Shown piece by piece: positions 36,738-46,355 of a stretch of DNA of 47,374 bases. The stretch's first letter is position 1. Each line of letters begins with the position of its first letter. A program made the position numbers and the translations under genes. The notes under the pieces are model-generated. The model had not been told where the DNA came from, made no database searches, and saw nothing but the letters and a program-made list of their open reading frames with translations. Origin of the DNA: a virus (Duplodnaviria; Caudoviricetes); IMG/VR virus record IMGVR_UViG_3300030329_001639, positions 1 to 47,374 of that record. One strand, 5' to 3'.

Positions 36738-37742
36738 ATGAAGGATGTTCGTATGAACCGTAAGCAACGTCGAGCTAAAACTAAGACAGATAAGACAAAG
36801 ACTACTGAAGAAAAAAAGAAACCCTATAGTCCGCTAAACAATAGCAATGACCAACCTTTTAAGGAGCACATGCTCCATATGAAAGAAGCCCATGATATTG
36901 GGCACCTGATGTGGCTATTGAATACAGGCAGATTGATTCTGCCCCATCACACGCACGATAAAGTTGCGTTGAATGATAAGCTGCCTTTTGATGAGATTGA
37001 AGAGAATTACTATAAGACCAATCCCAATATCGTTGTAATTGATGACTTTATGAATCTGGAGGCTTTAGCCAAGCTAAAAGATTATTGTCTCGAATATCCG
37101 TTTTGGAACACGATCTATGGTAGAGGGTACTTAGGTGCTTTCCGTGAGCAAGGGTTTAACCCTGCTGTTTTGACTACTCTTTCATACGAGATGATTAAGA
37201 GTATGCCACGGATTTTTGATACCAATAACAAACGTAATCTAAGCCAGATGTGGGCATTTAAGTACGAGTCTAAGTGTCCCGGCATTGACATTCATGCAGA
37301 CTTTGCAGCGGTCAATGTAAACTTCTGGATCACGCCCACCGAATGTAACCGTGACTATGATCCTGAAAAGGATGTAGGTAAAACAGGCGGAATGTGGATT
37401 TGGGATTGTGGCGCTCCACCGGACTGGGACTTTACCCGGTACAACGGTGATGACAAAAACGAAGTTTTAGAACTTCTAGAGAAGAATGACGCTAAGGCGG
37501 TCTATGTACCGTACAAGTATAATCGATGTGTTATGTTTGACTCCAACTTGTTTCATAAGACTGCGGACGTAAACTTTACTCCCGGTTTTGATAGTAGGAG
37601 AACGAATGTAACGATGCTATTTGGAAACAGAGAAAACACCGGAGTTGAACCACAAAACATGTTAGAAGCTGCTGAACTAAGGGAGAAAACCTCTAAGCCT
37701 ATTATAGAGATGCTTGCTGAATTACAAGATCAGGAGGCATAA
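36738..37742 (+). CDS. 2OG-Fe(II) oxygenase-like protein
   Basis: IVVIDDF, HAD (HxD), VNVNFWIT, GG, NRCVMFDSNLFH and RTNVTMLF. Confidence 0.75.
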   Translation: MKDVRMNRKQRRAKTKTDKTKTTEEKKKPYSPLNNSNDQPFKEHMLHMKEAHDIGHLMWLLNTGRLILPHHTHDKVALNDKLPFDEIEENYYKTNPNIVVIDDFMNLEALAKLKDYCLEYPFWNTIYGRGYLGAFREQGFNPAVLTTLSYEMIKSMPRIFDTNNKRNLSQMWAFKYESKCPGIDIHADFAAVNVNFWITPTECNRDYDPEKDVGKTGGMWIWDCGAPPDWDFTRYNGDDKNEVLELLEKNDAKAVYVPYKYNRCVMFDSNLFHKTADVNFTPGFDSRRTNVTMLFGNRENTGVEPQNMLEAAELREKTSKPIIEMLAELQDQEA

Positions 37743-37743
37743 A

Positions 37744-37929
37744 ATGGTTACTACCGAGGAGGTTCAAGCAGAGTTATCTGCACATGAGAGAGAATGCGCC
37801 GTAAGAGCGAAGAGTGTGCAAGATTCACTACAATCATTACAAGGACGAATCGGTAGACTTGAAATGTTAATTATGGGTTCAATGGCAACACTCGTCCTTG
37901 GATTCATATCTATATTATGGAAAATTTAG
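37744..37929 (+). CDS. Small coiled-coil protein with C-terminal TM (XhlA-like)
   Basis: GGAGG RBS. HERECAVR...RIGRLE followed by a hydrophobic tail. Confidence 0.65.
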   Translation: MVTTEEVQAELSAHERECAVRAKSVQDSLQSLQGRIGRLEMLIMGSMATLVLGFISILWKI

Positions 37930-37930
37930 T

Positions 37931-38293
37931 ATGAGAGCATTAACAACAAAACAGCAGACGTTTTTGCAAGTTTTGTTTGCAGAAGCAGAAGGAGACTATA
38001 CACGAGCCAAGAAACTAGCTGGTTATAGCGATAAGGTTTCTGCGTCAGAACTTGTACGATCATTGAAAGAAGAGATCCTTGAATTAACAAAAGAGTATCT
38101 AGCGATCAATGGACCGAGAGCCGCACGAGCGATGGTCAGTGTCATGGAACGACCGTCTGAGTTAGGCAATCAACATAGACTCAATGCTGCTAAGGAACTA
38201 CTAGATCGTGTCGGTATTCACAAAACAGACAAGGTAGAAGTGACAGCGCCGAGTGGTATTATGCTACTCCCGCCCAAAGAGAGCCATGTATGA
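37931..38293 (+). CDS. Terminase small subunit-like protein
   Basis: LTTKQQTFL...AKKLAGYS...AAKELLDRVG, located upstream of TerL. Confidence 0.75.
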   Translation: MRALTTKQQTFLQVLFAEAEGDYTRAKKLAGYSDKVSASELVRSLKEEILELTKEYLAINGPRAARAMVSVMERPSELGNQHRLNAAKELLDRVGIHKTDKVEVTAPSGIMLLPPKESHV

Positions 38294-38714
38294 TCTAGGT
38301 TACTTTAAGATGCCCGACCCGGTTGGGCTAAAGGAAGATAGCGAATGGTTAGAGATTCCTAGAATTAGTCGGACGATCCCATTTGGCTATAAACAACACG
38401 AAACAGACGATAAGCTTTTAATTCCTATTATTGAGGAACTAGAAGCTTTAGAACTAGCAAAAGAATATTTACAAGAGTATTCGTATCGAGAAGTTGCAGG
38501 ATGGTTGAGTGACAGAACAAAAAGACAAATTTCCCACATTGGCCTCCGAAAGCGAATCAAAACAGAAAAGCAAAGGAAGAGTAAAGCAAAGACTTATAAA
38601 GCATGGCTTAAAAAATACGAAAGTGCCCTCAAGAAACTTGAAGAAATTGAGAGCAAACGCACAGGAGCGACGAAGACAGAAGAAAGAGGAAGAGAAGAAC
38701 AAGCCCAAGCCTGA
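38286..38714 (+). CDS. HTH-containing protein (PFGY motif)
   Basis: SRTIPFGY...YSYREVAGWL...ISHIGLRKR. Confidence 0.7.
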   Translation: MYDLGYFKMPDPVGLKEDSEWLEIPRISRTIPFGYKQHETDDKLLIPIIEELEALELAKEYLQEYSYREVAGWLSDRTKRQISHIGLRKRIKTEKQRKSKAKTYKAWLKKYESALKKLEEIESKRTGATKTEERGREEQAQA

Positions 38715-40158
38715 GATTAAAATTGCAAAGGCTGAGGAGCTACCTCTTGAAGAACAACATAATATACTTTTTAAGCCAAATGACGGACCACAAACATCTT
38801 TTCTAGCTGCATCCGAACGCGAAGTTCTATACGGCGGTGCAGCAGGTGGCGGAAAGAGTTACGCTATGTTAGCGGACCCTTTACGTTATCTAGGACATCC
38901 ACAATTTTCAGGTCTACTACTTCGTAGAACCACAGAGGAATTAAGAGAGTTAGTTTGGAAATCACAAGAACTATATCCCAAAATTATTCCCGGCATAAAA
39001 TGGTCGGAAAGAAAGATGCAGTGGACCTCCCCTTCGGGCGGCAGGTTGTGGCTATCATATCTTGATAAAGATGATGATGTACTCCGTTATCAAGGGTTGT
39101 CCTTTTCTTGGATAGGCTTTGACGAACTTACGCAATGGCCCACACCGTTTGCGTGGGATTACCTTCGTTCTCGTTTAAGGTCCACTGCACCTGACCTACC
39201 CATCTATATGCGAGCTACTACCAATCCGGGTGGTGCAGGGCATGTATGGGTTAAGAAATACTTTGTAGATCCTGCACCAGCAGGTAGAGAGTTTTGGGCT
39301 ACAGACCAAGATGGTAACGAACTAAACTATCCAGCGGGTCACACAAAAGCTGGACAGCCGCTTTTTAAGCGTAAGTTTATTCCAGCGAAGTTGTTTGATA
39401 ATCCATATCTTGCCGAAAGTGGTGATTATGAAACAATGCTCTTATCGCTCCCTGAAAATCAGCGGAAGCGGCTGTTAGAGGGAAACTGGGATGTAGCAGA
39501 AGGTGCAGCATTTCCTGAGTTTAACAGAGCGATACATGTTGTTGAACCGTTTGAGGTACCAAAGAATTGGCCTAAGTTTAGGGCCTGTGATTACGGATAT
39601 GGTTCTTATAGTGCTGTGCTTTGGTTTGCGGTGGCCCCAGATGGTCAATTAGTTGTTTACCGAGAGTTATACGTTTCAAAGGTACTAGCCAAAGATTTAG
39701 CGAACAAGGTTTTGTATTTAGAGGAAGGAGATGGCACTATCCTCTATGGCGTCTTAGATAGCTCCTGTTGGCATCGTAGGGGCGATACAGGCCCTAGTCT
39801 AGCCGAACAGATGATTACCCAAGGCTGTAGGTGGCGGCCCAGTGATCGGAGTGCAGGCAGTCGTATAGCTGGCAAAAATGAATTGCATCGACGGCTTCAG
39901 ATACAAGAAGGTGTTGGAGACATTGAAGATCAACCGGGCATTGTGTTCTTTCATAATTGTACCAACATGTTGTCTCAGTTACCGTCGATTCCACTAGATA
40001 CGAAAAACCCGGAAGATGTAAATACAAAATCGGAAGATCACTTATATGATGCGTTACGATACGGAATAATGAGTCGGCCACGAAGAGGTATCTTTGATTT
40101 TACGATAGAACAAATGTCGGATCGGTACCTTCCGGCTGATGCAACCTTTGGATATTAA
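38509..40158 (+). CDS. terL: Terminase large subunit (start uncertain)
   Basis: Walker A GGAAGGGKS, Walker B IGFDE, RATTNPGG, and nuclease motifs CDYG and DHLYDALRY. Confidence 0.95.
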   Translation: MTEQKDKFPTLASESESKQKSKGRVKQRLIKHGLKNTKVPSRNLKKLRANAQERRRQKKEEEKNKPKPEIKIAKAEELPLEEQHNILFKPNDGPQTSFLAASEREVLYGGAAGGGKSYAMLADPLRYLGHPQFSGLLLRRTTEELRELVWKSQELYPKIIPGIKWSERKMQWTSPSGGRLWLSYLDKDDDVLRYQGLSFSWIGFDELTQWPTPFAWDYLRSRLRSTAPDLPIYMRATTNPGGAGHVWVKKYFVDPAPAGREFWATDQDGNELNYPAGHTKAGQPLFKRKFIPAKLFDNPYLAESGDYETMLLSLPENQRKRLLEGNWDVAEGAAFPEFNRAIHVVEPFEVPKNWPKFRACDYGYGSYSAVLWFAVAPDGQLVVYRELYVSKVLAKDLANKVLYLEEGDGTILYGVLDSSCWHRRGDTGPSLAEQMITQGCRWRPSDRSAGSRIAGKNELHRRLQIQEGVGDIEDQPGIVFFHNCTNMLSQLPSIPLDTKNPEDVNTKSEDHLYDALRYGIMSRPRRGIFDFTIEQMSDRYLPADATFGY

Positions 40159-40161
40159 TAT

Positions 40162-42300
40162 ATGGTAGATAATACATTTGAAGAAATGCCAGCACTTTCG
40201 CTGGACGAAAAAACAGAGGACTCTGAACTTGCTTCCCTCGTCGCCTTTATCGAAGAGCGTTATAGTCGCTCGAAAGATTGGCGGCGTTTTGATGAGGAAC
40301 GCTGGCTTCAATCGTATCGTAACTACCGGGGTATCTATAGCACGGATGTACAGTTTACCGAAGCGGAACGATCCCGTGTGTTTGTTAAGATTACAAAGAC
40401 AAAGGTGCTCGCTGCATATGGACAAATCACTGATGTTCTGTTTGCGCGGCAAAAGTTTCCATTAAGTATTGAACCTACTGTTCTACCAGAAGGTGTAGAG
40501 GAAGCTGTTCATTTTGATATGAACAAGCCTGCATCTCCAACCCAACCCCCAGAAGAAGACCAAACAAGTCCCTATGGATTTCCGGGTGACGGCAGAGATT
40601 TAGAACCGGGCGATACTTTAGAAACATTACAAGAAAAGAAACTTAAACTTGGTCCTTTAGAAAAGAAGTTATCCGAGATTGAAGGGTTAGAGGAAGGTGA
40701 AGGTCTAACTCCATCTTCGATGACATTCCATCCAGCAATGGTTGCAGCAAAACGGATGGAAAAGAAGATCATGGATCAACTAGAGGAATCTGGGGCAAGT
40801 AAGCACCTACGTTCTTCTGCATTTGAATGTGCTTTGTTTGGTACTGGAGTATTGAAAGGACCATTTGCGGTAGACAAGGAATATGCAAGTTGGTCGGCGG
40901 AAGGCGAGTATAATCCTACCATTAAAACTGTTCCACAAGTTAAACATGTTTCTTGTTGGGATTTGTATCCTGATCCCGATGCTACCAGCATGGATGACGC
41001 TACATATGTGATTGAGCGCCATAAGTATTCAACCTCTCAGTTGCGCGAATTGAAGGATCGTCCTTACTTCCGTAAAGAAGCGATTGATCGCTGCATTGAG
41101 ATGGGTAGAGTTTATTCCAGTGAGTATTGGGAGAATGACCTTAAAGATTATTACTTGAACGATCATCCTGAACGCTACGAGATTCTTGAGTATTGGGGCA
41201 TGATGGAGACAAGTATGGCAGAGGAATTTGGTCTTGATCTACCAAAAGAATTTAAGAATGTAGATCAGATTCAGGTCAACTGCTGGATTTGTAATAACAT
41301 GATTTTACGATTGGTTATTAATCCATTTAAGCCTGCTCGTATTCCATACTACGCTGTTCCATATGAACTAAATCCATATAGCTTCTTTGGCATTGGTTTG
41401 GCAGAGAACATGGATGATACACAGACGTTGATGAATGGCTTTATGAGAATGGCTGTTGATAACGCTGTGCTCAGTGGCAATCTACTCATTGAAGTGGATG
41501 AAACCAATCTAGTGCCGGGGCAAGACTTACAAGTGTACCCCGGTAAGATATTCCGGCGTCAAGGTGGCGCACCGGGACAGGCGATCTTTGGAACTAAGTT
41601 TCCAAACGTCAGTAATGAAAATATGCAATTGTTTGACAAGGCTCGGCAGCTTTCCGATGAAGCTACGGGCCTTCCTAGTTTTGCCCACGGACAGACTGGT
41701 GTTGTAGGAACAGGAAGAACTGCGGCAGGTATCTCCATGTTGATGGGTGCAGCAGCAGGTAGTGTAAAAACAGTTGTTAAGAACTTTGATGATTACCTAC
41801 TCCGTCCTTTAGGTGAAGCATTCTATAGCTTCAATATGCAATTTGATTTTGATCCTGAGATTAAGGGTGACTTAGAAATCAAAGCAAGAGGTACAGAAAG
41901 TTTGATGGCAAACGAAGTGCGGAGTCAACGACTCATGCAATTCTTGCAAGTTGTCGCTAATCCAGCACTTGCTCCGTTTGCTAAGTTTACGTCGATCATT
42001 CGAGAGATTGCAAATTCTATGGGGCTTGATCCTGATAAGGTTTGTAATACGCCAGAAGAAGCAGCACGGCAAGCTAAGATACTGCAACAGCAACAGCCGC
42101 CCCCACCACCCGCTGGACAACAGCCACCACAAGCTCCGGGTTTAAGCCCAAATGATATGCAAGGTGGCGGCGGTGGAACCATTGGTGTAGGAGGCGCACC
42201 AACACCTATGGAGGAACAGTTTAGTGGAACCGTACAAGAACCTACTCAGCAAGCTCAAGACACTGGTCAACAACAAGCGCCAATGGGACGCATTCAATAG
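40162..42300 (+). CDS. Portal (head-tail connector) protein
   Basis: Follows TerL. Contains FGTGVLK, LYPDP, FFGIG and RTAAGISML, with a Q/P-rich tail. Confidence 0.88.
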   Translation: MVDNTFEEMPALSLDEKTEDSELASLVAFIEERYSRSKDWRRFDEERWLQSYRNYRGIYSTDVQFTEAERSRVFVKITKTKVLAAYGQITDVLFARQKFPLSIEPTVLPEGVEEAVHFDMNKPASPTQPPEEDQTSPYGFPGDGRDLEPGDTLETLQEKKLKLGPLEKKLSEIEGLEEGEGLTPSSMTFHPAMVAAKRMEKKIMDQLEESGASKHLRSSAFECALFGTGVLKGPFAVDKEYASWSAEGEYNPTIKTVPQVKHVSCWDLYPDPDATSMDDATYVIERHKYSTSQLRELKDRPYFRKEAIDRCIEMGRVYSSEYWENDLKDYYLNDHPERYEILEYWGMMETSMAEEFGLDLPKEFKNVDQIQVNCWICNNMILRLVINPFKPARIPYYAVPYELNPYSFFGIGLAENMDDTQTLMNGFMRMAVDNAVLSGNLLIEVDETNLVPGQDLQVYPGKIFRRQGGAPGQAIFGTKFPNVSNENMQLFDKARQLSDEATGLPSFAHGQTGVVGTGRTAAGISMLMGAAAGSVKTVVKNFDDYLLRPLGEAFYSFNMQFDFDPEIKGDLEIKARGTESLMANEVRSQRLMQFLQVVANPALAPFAKFTSIIREIANSMGLDPDKVCNTPEEAARQAKILQQQQPPPPPAGQQPPQAPGLSPNDMQGGGGGTIGVGGAPTPMEEQFSGTVQEPTQQAQDTGQQQAPMGRIQ

Positions 42301-42442
42301 TTATATTGATTGGACGATTGTGCAGCAACAAGCGAGTTTAGAACAAAGTACCGATTTGGTTAATGTGCATCAAGCGCAAGGGGCGATACATATGTTGCGT
42401 AAATTAAAAACGCTAAGGGACGAAGTAAATTCACATGGCTAA
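42224..42442 (+). CDS. Small conserved protein after portal
   Basis: GGAGG RBS. HQAQGAI..LRKLK.LRDEV. Confidence 0.7.
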   Translation: MEPYKNLLSKLKTLVNNKRQWDAFNSYIDWTIVQQQASLEQSTDLVNVHQAQGAIHMLRKLKTLRDEVNSHG

Positions 42443-45143
42443 TGTTAGTGACCAAATTGATGTAGATAAGATTGAAGACGATGAAGGCGATAAATCTACG
42501 ACATATACTTTACCCCCAGACGATTTTCCCAGATCAGGCGTTTCTGTTGGGATGGGTGTTGATTTAGGGACTGCAGGTAAACTTGAGAAATTATTAAACC
42601 GCATTACCGATCCAGCCATCGTGACTTCGTTAAGGAATAAACTAGCGCAGTTTGATGGCAAAACGGGAGGAGAGGCACAAGCTGCCAATGATGATAATCC
42701 ACAAACATTAGAGGAGGACGAACAGAAGGCTCTTAATGATGCGGTGTTACAAGAAACTTTAGAGAGAATACAAAGAAGATATGAGCAGGTTCGGAGTGGG
42801 CTAGATGAGCGGGGGGTTCCATGGGAGCAGTTGACTAGAGGGCAACGTACCATTCTTTTTAGTATTGCCCATCAACATGGAAATATGCGTTTAGACAATA
42901 ATGACGATTTTAAATCTTTAACACTTGCTGCGGAAGGCAAGTGGAACGAGTTTGATACTGAACTACGAAATTTTTATGCAGATAATGATGATGCACCTGA
43001 AGCTTTAATAAATAGACGCATAGAAGATGCGGATTATTTACAACAAGAAGCTAGGGACAAAATTCTAAATGAAGAAAAATTTAACTTCTTATTCGCTTCT
43101 GGAAAGCCACGGCAGTCTTTAGTTAGTAGACCAGACGAACCACGTCCTTATGGACAAGCCTCTCAAGCTGAAGCACTTGTAAATCAAACGGATGAGGTAG
43201 TCCCACCAAAACCGTCGAACAAAAAACCAAGATTTCTTCCAGCAGATTTTGGGGCAGGTGAATTGCGGGATCTTGATGAAGACCCAAGGAACCTTCAACC
43301 AGATCGTAGGGTGGGTGAATTGATTAGGTCTTTAAATGAAGAGACTGATAACGAGACACAAAAAGGCGGAGCTATTACTGCCGATGATGACGATGAAGAA
43401 TTTTATGATGACATGGGAGCACAAATGGAATTTTCTGGATTAGTTAAGGATGAAGAAGTAGATCCGATGAGTGGTAATGAGATTCCATTAGGTGCCACTG
43501 CCGAAGGAGTACGAGATGATCAAACGGCTGCAATCAGCGCGGGTGAATTTGTAATCCCAGATTATGCTGTGCGCTATCATGGTGTCGATTTTTATATGAA
43601 GTCTCTTGCGACAGCGAAGGCAGGTCTAGCACAAATGGAACAGATGGGCATGACGGGTAATCCCGATGAAGCTGTTATGTCTGATGAGATGCCTTTGCCG
43701 GAAATGAATGAAGAAGTAGAAGATGCTCCATTGTTAGAGCGTCCTGTAGATACTGAAATGTTTAAAGGTGGGTTTCAAACGGGCGGTAGTGTAGGATTTG
43801 CGCCTGTTCAAACTTTTACACAGCAACCGTTTGGGCCACAACAGTCTACCACTCCATTGGCTCCGCAGCAGACTGCTATGGTTCCGCAGATGCAGACTCC
43901 CGCTGTGCCTATGCAAGCGGCTGCCCCCGCTATGGCTGCAACACAGCCATTCCGTCCCTTTAGCCCACAACCTCTTCCGCCTACATATTCTCCAACGATA
44001 CCTGCTCCAACGTATACCGACTACGTAGGACCGGGTGGGGGATTACCCGGAGGGTATGGGGTTCAAGAATATAAAAATACAGAGACAGGAGCCAGTATTT
44101 TTCTTACTACGATTGGTGGCAAGTTACCTCCCGGTGTAAATGTTCCACCCGGATACGTTACTGTAGAAGAATATAACACAAGGATAGGCGACACAGAAGA
44201 TGTGGACAAAAAGGCTAGTGATGCGGCCAGAGAGGCGGAGATAGAGAGAATTAAAGCACAAGAACTTGCAGATCAACGACAAGAAGAGGAAAGGCTTGAA
44301 GAACTAGAAAGAGAAGCAGGAAGAAATTTTGAGGCCAACCAAAAACTAGAGGTTCTGAAAGCTTATGAAGAAGGACACAAAATCGTACCTGACGAGTTTG
44401 GTATGACAGAGGATGGTAAGCTGGTTACAGATGCCGAAAGGATAGCTAGTCTAATTCGGGATCGGGATGCTAATAATCAAAGGGCTTTAGATATCATTAC
44501 TTCTGGGGGTATAGCGAGAGCCATTCGTGCCGTTGGCGGTGAGGGTCTAACAGCTTTGGAGAAACGGAGAGACGAGATAATTGATCGGGGTATTGCAACT
44601 GGGAGGACTGCCGCTGGTCGTCGCCTTCTCCCCGGATATACGGAAGTAGTAGATGAGGCTGGGAACCCTACAGGGAGAGTAGAGTTTAATCCTGAAGAGA
44701 TTGCTACACGAATAAGAGGAACTGGGGAAGGAATAAGAACAACCGCTGACGGTGAAATAAATGTTAGACGGGACGCTGCTGAACTTCGGGCGCAAAGACA
44801 AGCATTTACAGAAAAACAACGACTAGCACAGGCCAAAGAAGATGAAGCACGACGACTTGAGGAATTAAGTCAAGCAGAACGGGATGCGGAGGAAGAGGAA
44901 GCTAAAAAGAGAGCGGAAGCCGCGGCAGCAGCGGAAGCAGAGGATTTAGCAGAAACCTATGGTGCTTCTCTTGCAGCCGAAGAACAAGCTCGGACTAAAG
45001 CGCAGGAAGAAGAAACAGAAGCAGCACGGGAGGCAGCACAAGATTTTGAAGATGCACTAGCAGTCGGTGGCTTAGTAAAGAAAAAGAAACAACGCCCACG
45101 AACAAGAAAGAGAAATGGCACGGGACTAGCCAGACGCCAATAG
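42435..45143 (+). CDS. Large virion-associated protein with an N-terminal pesticin/T4-lysozyme-like domain
   Basis: DDEG...SGVSVGMGVDLG...RRIEDADYL, a central DPMSGNEIP...GEFVIP motif, and an acidic coiled-coil C-terminus. Confidence 0.7.
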   Translation: MANVSDQIDVDKIEDDEGDKSTTYTLPPDDFPRSGVSVGMGVDLGTAGKLEKLLNRITDPAIVTSLRNKLAQFDGKTGGEAQAANDDNPQTLEEDEQKALNDAVLQETLERIQRRYEQVRSGLDERGVPWEQLTRGQRTILFSIAHQHGNMRLDNNDDFKSLTLAAEGKWNEFDTELRNFYADNDDAPEALINRRIEDADYLQQEARDKILNEEKFNFLFASGKPRQSLVSRPDEPRPYGQASQAEALVNQTDEVVPPKPSNKKPRFLPADFGAGELRDLDEDPRNLQPDRRVGELIRSLNEETDNETQKGGAITADDDDEEFYDDMGAQMEFSGLVKDEEVDPMSGNEIPLGATAEGVRDDQTAAISAGEFVIPDYAVRYHGVDFYMKSLATAKAGLAQMEQMGMTGNPDEAVMSDEMPLPEMNEEVEDAPLLERPVDTEMFKGGFQTGGSVGFAPVQTFTQQPFGPQQSTTPLAPQQTAMVPQMQTPAVPMQAAAPAMAATQPFRPFSPQPLPPTYSPTIPAPTYTDYVGPGGGLPGGYGVQEYKNTETGASIFLTTIGGKLPPGVNVPPGYVTVEEYNTRIGDTEDVDKKASDAAREAEIERIKAQELADQRQEEERLEELEREAGRNFEANQKLEVLKAYEEGHKIVPDEFGMTEDGKLVTDAERIASLIRDRDANNQRALDIITSGGIARAIRAVGGEGLTALEKRRDEIIDRGIATGRTAAGRRLLPGYTEVVDEAGNPTGRVEFNPEEIATRIRGTGEGIRTTADGEINVRRDAAELRAQRQAFTEKQRLAQAKEDEARRLEELSQAERDAEEEEAKKRAEAAAAAEAEDLAETYGASLAAEEQARTKAQEEETEAAREAAQDFEDALAVGGLVKKKKQRPRTRKRNGTGLARRQ

Positions 45144-45208
45144 TCCCATTGTTGGCTTACCTAACCCCCCGAATTGGCTACGGATAGCCCCAACATAGGA
45201 AAAACAAA

Positions 45209-46102
45209 ATGGAAGATACCACAGTAGTAGGGGCAGTAAACCCCGTAAAGAAAGTAGTAGGTATTGGTGATCGTCGATACGATACCCAAAAGACAATTGA
45301 AGATGAAGAGAAAGAACTACAAGAATTAATTGAGCAGCAAAAATCCGATACTGAATTAGACCAAAAGAAAACGGAACTTGCAGAAGAGGAACTAAGAGAA
45401 CCTGAAAGTGCAGAGGAAAAAACCTTTAAGAAGAGGTATGGTGATCTTCGTAGGCATACTCAAAAACAACAGAGTGACTATGAAAAGAAGATTACCGAAC
45501 TTGAAGCTCAATTAACTACCGCTACAAAGGCGCAGATAAAACTTCCGAAGTCCGAAAAAGAACTGAAAGCATGGGCGCATGAATATCCAGATGTAGCTGC
45601 GATTATTGAAACCATTGCAATTAAAAAGTCAAAGGAACAATCCCAAGACTTAGAAAAGCGCATGGAGGAAATCAATAAGTTGCAGTCTAGTGCAAAGCGA
45701 GAGAAGGCAGAAGCAGAGTTGCTTTCTTTACATCCAGACTTTGAAACGATTCGAGATACAGATGAGTTTCATAAGTGGGCTGATGAACAGCCGAAGTGGG
45801 TACAAGATGCTTTGTATGAAAATGAAACAGATGCACGGTCGGCAGCGAGAGCTATTGATTTGTACAAAGCAGATCATGGCATACAGGCCCCGACCAAAAC
45901 GAAGCGAAAGGCATCTGCAGCCCAAGCAGTAGAAACAAAATCTCCGAGAAGTTTACCGGATATGGATACTGACAATCGTAAGTGGAAAGAGTCGATTGTC
46001 GATAAGATGACACCACAGCAATATGAGAAAAATGCAGAAGCTATCTTAGAAGCAATACGTTCTGGTGAGTTTGTATATGACCTATCAGGAAGTGCTCGGT
46101 AA
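45209..46102 (+). CDS. Capsid scaffolding protein
   Basis: Acidic coiled coil, EEKTFKKRYGDLRRH, HPDF, and position directly before the capsid gene. Confidence 0.8.
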   Translation: MEDTTVVGAVNPVKKVVGIGDRRYDTQKTIEDEEKELQELIEQQKSDTELDQKKTELAEEELREPESAEEKTFKKRYGDLRRHTQKQQSDYEKKITELEAQLTTATKAQIKLPKSEKELKAWAHEYPDVAAIIETIAIKKSKEQSQDLEKRMEEINKLQSSAKREKAEAELLSLHPDFETIRDTDEFHKWADEQPKWVQDALYENETDARSAARAIDLYKADHGIQAPTKTKRKASAAQAVETKSPRSLPDMDTDNRKWKESIVDKMTPQQYEKNAEAILEAIRSGEFVYDLSGSAR

Positions 46103-46115
46103 CTGTATTTTTTAC

Positions 46116-46143
46116 TTGACTTTTTGAGTTTTTTTAGTAGAAT
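46116..46143 (+). promoter_or_regulatory. Putative sigma70 promoter for the capsid gene
   Basis: TTGACT-N16-TAGAAT. Confidence 0.65.
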
Positions 46144-46153
46144 GGGAGTATAA

Positions 46154-46330
46154 CTAGGCCCACGTTCTGTGCAACCCTAGAATATATAAGTAAAACTTTT
46201 TTGCAACCCAGTGATATGGCCGATAATAGGCTGATCACCTGTTTATCCTACCCCCTTAGAACTGGCCCGTAAAAGTTATGTCCTGAAGTGTGGCATGGTT
46301 GCCATGCTTGTGGGTCTTTGTTGCCCACTT
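46154..46330 (+). ncRNA. Structured 5' leader of the capsid mRNA
   Basis: Several stems with three similar CC/CNAC internal loops, plus the hairpins GCATGG/CCATGC and GTGGG/CCCAC. Confidence 0.55.
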
Positions 46331-46355
46331 AGTACGTTGCAAAAGGAGTTTTAAA

